NCBI GenBank assembly: GCA_964276515.1
Contig: OZ193910.1
Span: forward strand, 8,184,001 to 8,248,000
Length of the DNA: 64,000 nucleotides
Reading direction: 5' to 3'
Source of the DNA: Gordius albopunctatus
Lineage: Eukaryota
The position numbers and the translations under genes are program-made. Position 1 is the first letter of the stretch, and each line of letters starts with the position of its first letter. The notes under the pieces are model-generated. The model was given only the letters and a program-made list of their open reading frames with translations. It did not search any database and was not told the origin of the DNA. Shown here one piece after another: positions 56,100 to 64,000 of this stretch.

Positions 56100-59000
56100 A
56101 ATTTTTTCCTTTCAACCATATTCAACCGATGAAAGTTGTTATTTTCAGACGTGATTTCCATGATAAAAAGTCAAAATTTATCAGAATTAGAGAACTGTTA
56201 CTTTTAAATCATCATCGCATAGAGCATGTTTCAAAAATTAAGCCCTAACGTTGCGATACAACAAACTAATCGCAACAAAATAACGTTGTCTTTTCTGTAA
56301 ATGATTGTTCTCGCAGCTTAAAACTTCTTTCTTAAGTCAATCGAGCATAAAAGGTTTCTCAAATTGGCTTACTTTAATATATTTTTTCAAGCTCTTTTAC
56401 ATAAAATAACAAAAAATATATTTTTTCAGGATAAAATAATTCACAATTTTTTCCGTTCAACCATATTCAACTGATGAAAGTTGTTATTTTCAGACGTGAT
56501 TTCCATGATAAAAAGTTAAAATTTATCAGAATTAGAGAACCATTACTTTTAAATCATCATCGCATAGAGCATGTTTCAAAAATTAAGCACTAACGTTGGG
56601 ATACAACTAACTAATCGCAACAAAATAACGTTGTCTTTTCTCAAAATGATTGTTCTCGCAGCTTAAAACTTCTTTCTTAAGTCAATTGAGCATAAAAGGT
56701 TTCTCAAATTGGCTTACTTTAATATATTTTTTCAAGCTCTTTTACATAAAATAACAAAAAATATATTTTTTCAGGATAAAATAATTCACAATTTTTTCCT
56801 TTCAACCATATTCAACTGATGAAAGTTGTTATTTTCAGACGTGATTTCCATGATAAAAAGTTAAAATTTATCAGAATTAGAGAACCATTACTTTTAAATC
56901 ATCATCGCATAGAGCATGTTTCAAAAATTAAGCACTAACGTTGCGATACAACTAACTAATCGCAACAATATAACGTTGTATTTTCTCAAAATGATTGTTC
57001 TCGCAGCTTAAAACTTCTTATAAGGAGTCGATCGAGATTAATAGGATTCTCAAATGATCTTACTTTTATATATTTTTTCAAGCTCTTTTACATAAAATAA
57101 CAAAAAATATATTTTTTCAGGATAAAATAATTCACAATTTTTTCCTTTCAACCATATTCAACTGATGAAAGTTGTTATTTTCAGACGTGATTTCCATGAT
57201 AAAAAGTTAAAATTTATCAGAATTAGAGAACCATTACTTTTAAATCATCATCGCATAGAGCATGTTTCAAAAATTAAGCACTAACGTTGCGATACAACTA
57301 ACTAATCGCAACAATATAACGTTGTATTTTCTCAAAATGATTGTTCTCGCAGCTTAAAACTTCTTATAAGGAGTCGATCGAGATTAATAGGATTCTCAAA
57401 TGATCTTACTTTTATATATTTTTTCAAGCTCTTTTACATAAAATAACAAAAAATATATTTTTTCAGGTTATAATAATTCACAATTTTTTCCTTTCAACCA
57501 TATTCAACCGATGAAAGTTGTTATTTTCAGACGTGATTTCCATGATAAAAAGTTAAAATTTATCAGAATTAGAGAACCATTACTTTTAAATCATCATCGC
57601 ATAGAGCATGTTTCAAAAATTAAGCACTAATGTTGCGATACAACTAACTAATCGCAACAATATAACGTTGTCTTTTCTCAAAATGATTGTTCTCGCAGCT
57701 TAAAACTTCTTATAAGGAGTCGATCGAGATTAATAGGATTCTCAAATCAGCTTACTTTTATATATTTTTTCAAGCTCTTTTACATAAAATAACAAAAAAT
57801 ATATTGTTCAGGTTAAAATAATTCACAATTTTTTCCTTTCAACCATATTCAACTGATAAGAGTTGTTATTTTCAGACGTGATTTCCATGATAAAAAGTCA
57901 AAATTTATCAGAATTAGAGAACTATTACTTTTAAATCATCATCGCATAGAGCATGTTTCAAAAATTAAGCACTAACGTTGCGATACAACTAATCGCAACA
58001 ATATAACGTTGTCTTTTCTCAAAATGATTGTTCTCGCAGCTTAAAACTTCTTATAAGGAGTCGATCGAGATTAATAGGATTCTCAAATGATCTTACTTTT
58101 ATATATTTTTTCAAGCTCTTTTACATAAAATAACAAAAAATATATTTTTTCAGGTTATAATAATTCACAATTTTTTCCTTTCAACCATATTCAACCGATG
58201 AAAGTTGTTATTTTCAGACGTGATTTCCATGATAAAAAGTCAAAATTTATCAGAATTAGAGAACTGTTACTTTTAAATCATCATCGCATAGAGCATGTTT
58301 CAAAAATTAAGCACTAACGTTGCGATACAACAAACTAATCGCAACAAAATAACGTTGTCTTTTCTCAAAATGATTGTTCTCGCAGCTTAAAACTTCTTTC
58401 TTAAGTCAATCGAGCATAAAAGGTTTCTCAAATTGGCTTACTTTAATATATTTTTTCAAGCTCCTTTACATAAAATAACAAAAAATATATTTTTTCAGGA
58501 TAAAATAATTCACAATTTTTTCCTTTCAACCATATTCAACTGATGAAAGTTGTTATTTTCAGACGTGATTTCCATGATAAAAAGTCAAAATTTATCAGAA
58601 TTAGAGAACTATTACTTTTAAATCATCATCGCATAGAGCATGTTTCAAAAATGGAGCACTAACGTTGCGATACAACTAATCGCAACAATATAACGTTGTC
58701 TTTTCTCAAAATGATTGTTCTCGCAGCTTAAAACTTCTTATAAGGAGTCGATCGAGATTAATAGGATTCTCAAATGAGCTTACTTTTATATATTTTTTCA
58801 AGCTCTTTTACATAAAATAACAAAAAATATATTGTTCAGGTTAAAATAATTCACAATTTTTTCCTTTCGGCCATATTCAACCGATGAAAGTTGTTATTTT
58901 CAGACGTGATTTCCATGATAAAAAGTCAAAATTTATCAGAATTAGAGAACTGTTACTTTTAAATCATCATCGCATAGAGCATGTTTCAAAAATTAAGCCC

Positions 59001-62000
59001 TAACGTTGCGATACAACAAACTAATCGCAACAAAATAACGTTGTCTTTTCTCAAAATGATTGTTCTCGCAGCTTAAAACTTCTTTCTTAAGTCAATCGAG
59101 CATAAAAGGTTTCTCAAATTGGCTTACTTTAATATATTTTTTCAAGCTCTTTTACATAAAATAACAAAAAATATATTTTTTCAGGATAAAATAATTCACA
59201 ATTTTTTCCTTTCAACCATATTCAACTGATGAAAGTTGTTATTTTCAGACGTGATTTCCATGATAAAAAGTTAAAATTTATCAGAATTAGAGAACCATTA
59301 CTTTTAAATCATCATCGCATAGAGCATGTTTCAAAAATTAAGCACTAACGTTGGGATACAACTAACTAATCGCAACAAAATAACGTTGTCTTTTCTCAAA
59401 ATGATTGTTCTCGCAGCTTAAAACTTCTTTCTTAAGTCAATTGAGCATAAAAGGTTTCTCAAATTGGCTTACTTTAATATATTTTTTCAAGCTCTTTTAC
59501 ATAAAATAACAAAAAATATATTTTTTCAGGATAAAATAATTCACAATTTTTTCCTTTCAACCATATTCAACTGATGAAAGTTGTTATTTTCAGACGTGAT
59601 TTCCATGATAAAAAGTTAAAATTTATCAGAATTAGAGAACCATTACTTTTAAATCATCATCGCATAGAGCATGTTTCAAAAATTAAGCACTAACGTTGCG
59701 ATACAACTAACTAATCGCAACAATATAACGTTGTATTTTCTCAAAATGATTGTTCTCGCAGCTTAAAACTTCTTATAAGGAGTCGATCGAGATTAATAGG
59801 ATTCTCAAATGATCTTACTTTTATATATTTTTTCAAGCTCTTTTACATAAAATAACAAAAAATATATTTTTTCAGGATAAAATAATTCACAATTTTTTCC
59901 TTTCAACCATATTCAACTGATGAAAGTTGTTATTTTCAGACGTGATTTCCATGATAAAAAGTTAAAATTTATCAGAATTAGAGAACCATTACTTTTAAAT
60001 CATCATCGCATAGAGCATGTTTCAAAAATTAAGCACTAACGTTGCGATACAACTAACTAATCGCAACAATATAACGTTGTATTTTCTCAAAATGATTGTT
60101 CTCGCAGCTTAAAACTTCTTATAAGGAGTCGATCGAGATTAATAGGATTCTCAAATGATCTTACTTTTATATATTTTTTCAAGCTCTTTTACATAAAATA
60201 ACAAAAAATATATTTTTTCAGGTTATAATAATTCACAATTTTTTCCTTTCAACCATATTCAACCGATGAAAGTTGTTATTTTCAGACGTGATTTCCATGA
60301 TAAAAAGTTAAAATTTATCAGAATTAGAGAACCATTACTTTTAAATCATCATCGCATAGAGCATGTTTCAAAAATTAAGCACTAATGTTGCGATACAACT
60401 AACTAATCGCAACAATATAACGTTGTCTTTTCTCAAAATGATTGTTCTCGCAGCTTAAAACTTCTTATAAGGAGTCGATCGAGATTAATAGGATTCTCAA
60501 ATCAGCTTACTTTTATATATTTTTTCAAGCTCTTTTACATAAAATAACAAAAAATATATTGTTCAGGTTAAAATAATTCACAATTTTTTCCTTTCAACCA
60601 TATTCAACTGATAAGAGTTGTTATTTTCAGACGTGATTTCCATGATAAAAAGTCAAAATTTATCAGAATTAGAGAACTATTACTTTTAAATCATCATCGC
60701 ATAGAGCATGTTTCAAAAATTAAGCACTAACGTTGCGATACAACTAATCGCAACAATATAACGTTGTCTTTTCTCAAAATGATTGTTCTCGCAGCTTAAA
60801 ACTTCTTATAAGGAGTCGATCGAGATTAATAGGATTCTCAAATGATCTTACTTTTATATATTTTTTCAAGCTCTTTTACATAAAATAACAAAAAATATAT
60901 TTTTTCAGGTTATAATAATTCACAATTTTTTCCTTTCAACCATATTCAACCGATGAAAGTTGTTATTTTCAGACGTGATTTCCATGATAAAAAGTCAAAA
61001 TTTATCAGAATTAGAGAACTGTTACTTTTAAATCATCATCGCATAGAGCATGTTTCAAAAATTAAGCACTAACGTTGCGATACAACAAACTAATCGCAAC
61101 AAAATAACGTTGTCTTTTCTCAAAATGATTGTTCTCGCAGCTTAAAACTTCTTTCTTAAGTCAATCGAGCATAAAAGGTTTCTCAAATTGGCTTACTTTA
61201 ATATATTTTTTCAAGCTCCTTTACATAAAATAACAAAAAATATATTTTTTCAGGATAAAATAATTCACAATTTTTTCCTTTCAACCATATTCAACTGATG
61301 AAAGTTGTTATTTTCAGACGTGATTTCCATGATAAAAAGTCAAAATTTATCAGAATTAGAGAACTATTACTTTTAAATCATCATCGCATAGAGCATGTTT
61401 CAAAAATGGAGCACTAACGTTGCGATACAACTAATCGCAACAATATAACGTTGTCTTTTCTCAAAATGATTGTTCTCGCAGCTTAAAACTTCTTATAAGG
61501 AGTCGATCGAGATTAATAGGATTCTCAAATGAGCTTACTTTTATATATTTTTTCAAGCTCTTTTACATAAAATAACAAAAAATATATTTTTTCAGGATAA
61601 AATAATTCACAATTTTTTCCTTTCAACCATATTCAACTGATGAAAGTTGTTATTTTCAGACGTGATTTCCATGATAAAAAGTTAAAATTTATCAGAATTA
61701 GAGAACCATTACTTTTAAATCATCATCGCATAGAGCATGTTTCAAAAATTAAGCACTAACGTTGCGATACAACTAACTAATCGCAACAATATAACGTTGT
61801 ATTTTCTCAAAATGATTGTTCTCGCAGCTTAAAACTTCTTATAAGGAGTCGATCGAGATTAATAGGATTCTCAAATGATCTTACTTTTATATATTTTTTC
61901 AAGCTCTTTTACATAAAATAACAAAAAATATATTTTTTCAGGATAAAATAATTCACAATTTTTTCCTTTCAACCATATTCAACTGATGAAAGTTGTTATT

Positions 62001-64000
62001 TTCAGACGTGATTTCCATGATAAAAAGTTAAAATTTATCAGAATTAGAGAACCATTACTTTTAAATCATCATCGCATAGAGCATGTTTCAAAAATTAAGC
62101 ACTAACGTTGCGATACAACTAACTAATCGCAACAATATAACGTTGTATTTTCTCAAAATGATTGTTCTCGCAGCTTAAAACTTCTTATAAGGAGTCGATC
62201 GAGATTAATAGGATTCTCAAATGATCTTACTTTTATATATTTTTTCAAGCTCTTTTACATAAAATAACAAAAAATATATTTTTTCAGGTTATAATAATTC
62301 ACAATTTTTTCCTTTCAACCATATTCAACCGATGAAAGTTGTTATTTTCAGACGTGATTTCCATGATAAAAAGTTAAAATTTATCAGAATTAGAGAACCA
62401 TTACTTTTAAATCATCATCGCATAGAGCATGTTTCAAAAATTAAGCACTAATGTTGCGATACAACTAACTAATCGCAACAATATAACGTTGTCTTTTCTC
62501 AAAATGATTGTTCTCGCAGCTTAAAACTTCTTATAAGGAGTCGATCGAGATTAATAGGATTCTCAAATCAGCTTACTTTTATATATTTTTTCAAGCTCTT
62601 TTACATAAAATAACAAAAAATATATTGTTCAGGTTAAAATAATTCACAATTTTTTCCTTTCAACCATATTCAACTGATAAGAGTTGTTATTTTCAGACGT
62701 GATTTCCATGATAAAAAGTCAAAATTTATCAGAATTAGAGAACTATTACTTTTAAATCATCATCGCATAGAGCATGTTTCAAAAATTAAGCACTAACGTT
62801 GCGATACAACTAATCGCAACAATATAACGTTGTCTTTTCTCAAAATGATTGTTCTCGCAGCTTAAAACTTCTTATAAGGAGTCGATCGAGATTAATAGGA
62901 TTCTCAAATGATCTTACTTTTATATATTTTTTCAAGCTCTTTTACATAAAATAACAAAAAATATATTTTTTCAGGTTATAATAATTCACAATTTTTTCCT
63001 TTCAACCATATTCAACCGATGAAAGTTGTTATTTTCAGACGTGATTTCCATGATAAAAAGTCAAAATTTATCAGAATTAGAGAACTGTTACTTTTAAATC
63101 ATCATCGCATAGAGCATGTTTCAAAAATTAAGCACTAACGTTGCGATACAACAAACTAATCGCAACAAAATAACGTTGTCTTTTCTCAAAATGATTGTTC
63201 TCGCAGCTTAAAACTTCTTTCTTAAGTCAATCGAGCATAAAAGGTTTCTCAAATTGGCTTACTTTAATATATTTTTTCAAGCTCCTTTACATAAAATAAC
63301 AAAAAATATATTTTTTCAGGATAAAATAATTCACAATTTTTTCCTTTCAACCATATTCAACTGATGAAAGTTGTTATTTTCAGACGTGATTTCCATGATA
63401 AAAAGTCAAAATTTATCAGAATTAGAGAACTATTACTTTTAAATCATCATCGCATAGAGCATGTTTCAAAAATGGAGCACTAACGTTGCGATACAACTAA
63501 TCGCAACAATATAACGTTGTCTTTTCTCAAAATGATTGTTCTCGCAGCTTAAAACTTCTTATAAGGAGTCGATCGAGATTAATAGGATTCTCAAATGAGC
63601 TTACTTTTATATATTTTTTCAAGCTCTTTTACATAAAATAACAAAAAATATATTGTTCAGGTTAAAATAATTCACAATTTTTTCCTTTCGGCCATATTCA
63701 ACCGATGAAAGTTGTTATTTTCAGACGTGATTTCCATGATAAAAAGTCAAAATTTATCAGAATTAGAGAACTGTTACTTTTAAATCATCATCGCATAGAG
63801 CATGTTTCAAAAATTAAGCCCTAACGTTGCGATACAACAAACTAATCGCAACAAAATAACGTTGTCTTTTCTCAAAATGATTGTTCTCGCAGCTTAAAAC
63901 TTCTTTCTTAAGTCAATCGAGCATAAAAGGTTTCTCAAATTGGCTTACTTTAATATATTTTTTCAAGCTCTTTTACATAAAATAACAAAAAATATATTTT
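56100..64000. repeat. 8-mer HOR (2755 bp) with a 6-mer (2066 bp) variant
   Basis: 'atggagcac' at 58651, 61406 and 63472 (spacings 2755, 2066); 'agccctaac' at ~56243, ~58998 and ~63819 (spacings 2755 and 4821 = 2755+2066). Confidence 0.85.

Larger units (their letters stand above)
1..64000. repeat. Tandem satellite DNA array, ~346-bp monomer, ~185 head-to-tail copies, running off both window ends
   Basis: The anchor 'ctcaa-atgagctta' recurs at 1, 346, 693, 1037 (units of 345, 347, 344 bp) and on to the end. Near-invariant blocks such as 'tttccatgataaaaagt', 'atcagaattaga' and 'catcatcgcatagag' are in essentially every unit in the same orientation. No non-satellite interruption seen. Confidence 0.99.
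44638..64000. repeat. Satellite domain C: distinct subfamily with its own 2-, 6- and 8-mer periodicities
   Basis: Alleles not seen before ~44.6 kb: gcactaacg, gaactgttac/gaaccattac, gagattaat, ttcggccat, acaactaact, and the block 'cttctttcttaagtcaatcgagcataaaaggtttctc'. Confidence 0.9.

Noticed and set aside
1..64000. CRISPR-like or repeat-spacer array
   Set aside because: There are no unique spacers, the whole 346-bp unit is repeated, and no cas or other genes are present.
1..64000. Tandem RNA gene cluster (5S rRNA, tRNA, snRNA, spliced leader)
   Set aside because: I see no recognisable 5S, tRNA cloverleaf or Pol III A/B box sequence, and the unit is very AT-rich. An Rfam cmscan would settle it.
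1..64000. Assignment to a named satellite of similar size (e.g. Drosophila 359-bp, Tribolium ~340-360-bp families)
   Set aside because: Only length and AT content are similar; I cannot verify any sequence match.

Overview
The whole 64-kb window is one uninterrupted, head-to-tail, single-orientation satellite DNA array: about 185 copies of an AT-rich (~28% GC by hand count) ~345-347 bp monomer. It looks eukaryotic (heterochromatic, possibly centromeric). I do not recognise the family or organism. I see no genes, RNA genes, transposons, CRISPR arrays, inversions or unique sequence; the six 61-aa ORFs are by-products of one monomer variant. The informative structure lies in the monomer variants. 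There are three sequence domains: A (1-~32.3 kb), B (~32.3-44.6 kb) and C (~44.6-64 kb). Domain A carries a variable-length higher-order repeat (HOR) with 19-, 11-, 17-, 9- and 22-monomer periods, partly built on an older dimer. Domains B and C have 13/9-mer and 2/6/8-mer duplications. The monomer contains several short dyad symmetries and retains CpG. I find no evidence for a novel protein-based system. Monomer typing was done by eye, the letter labels (A-W) are my own, and boundaries are approximate.
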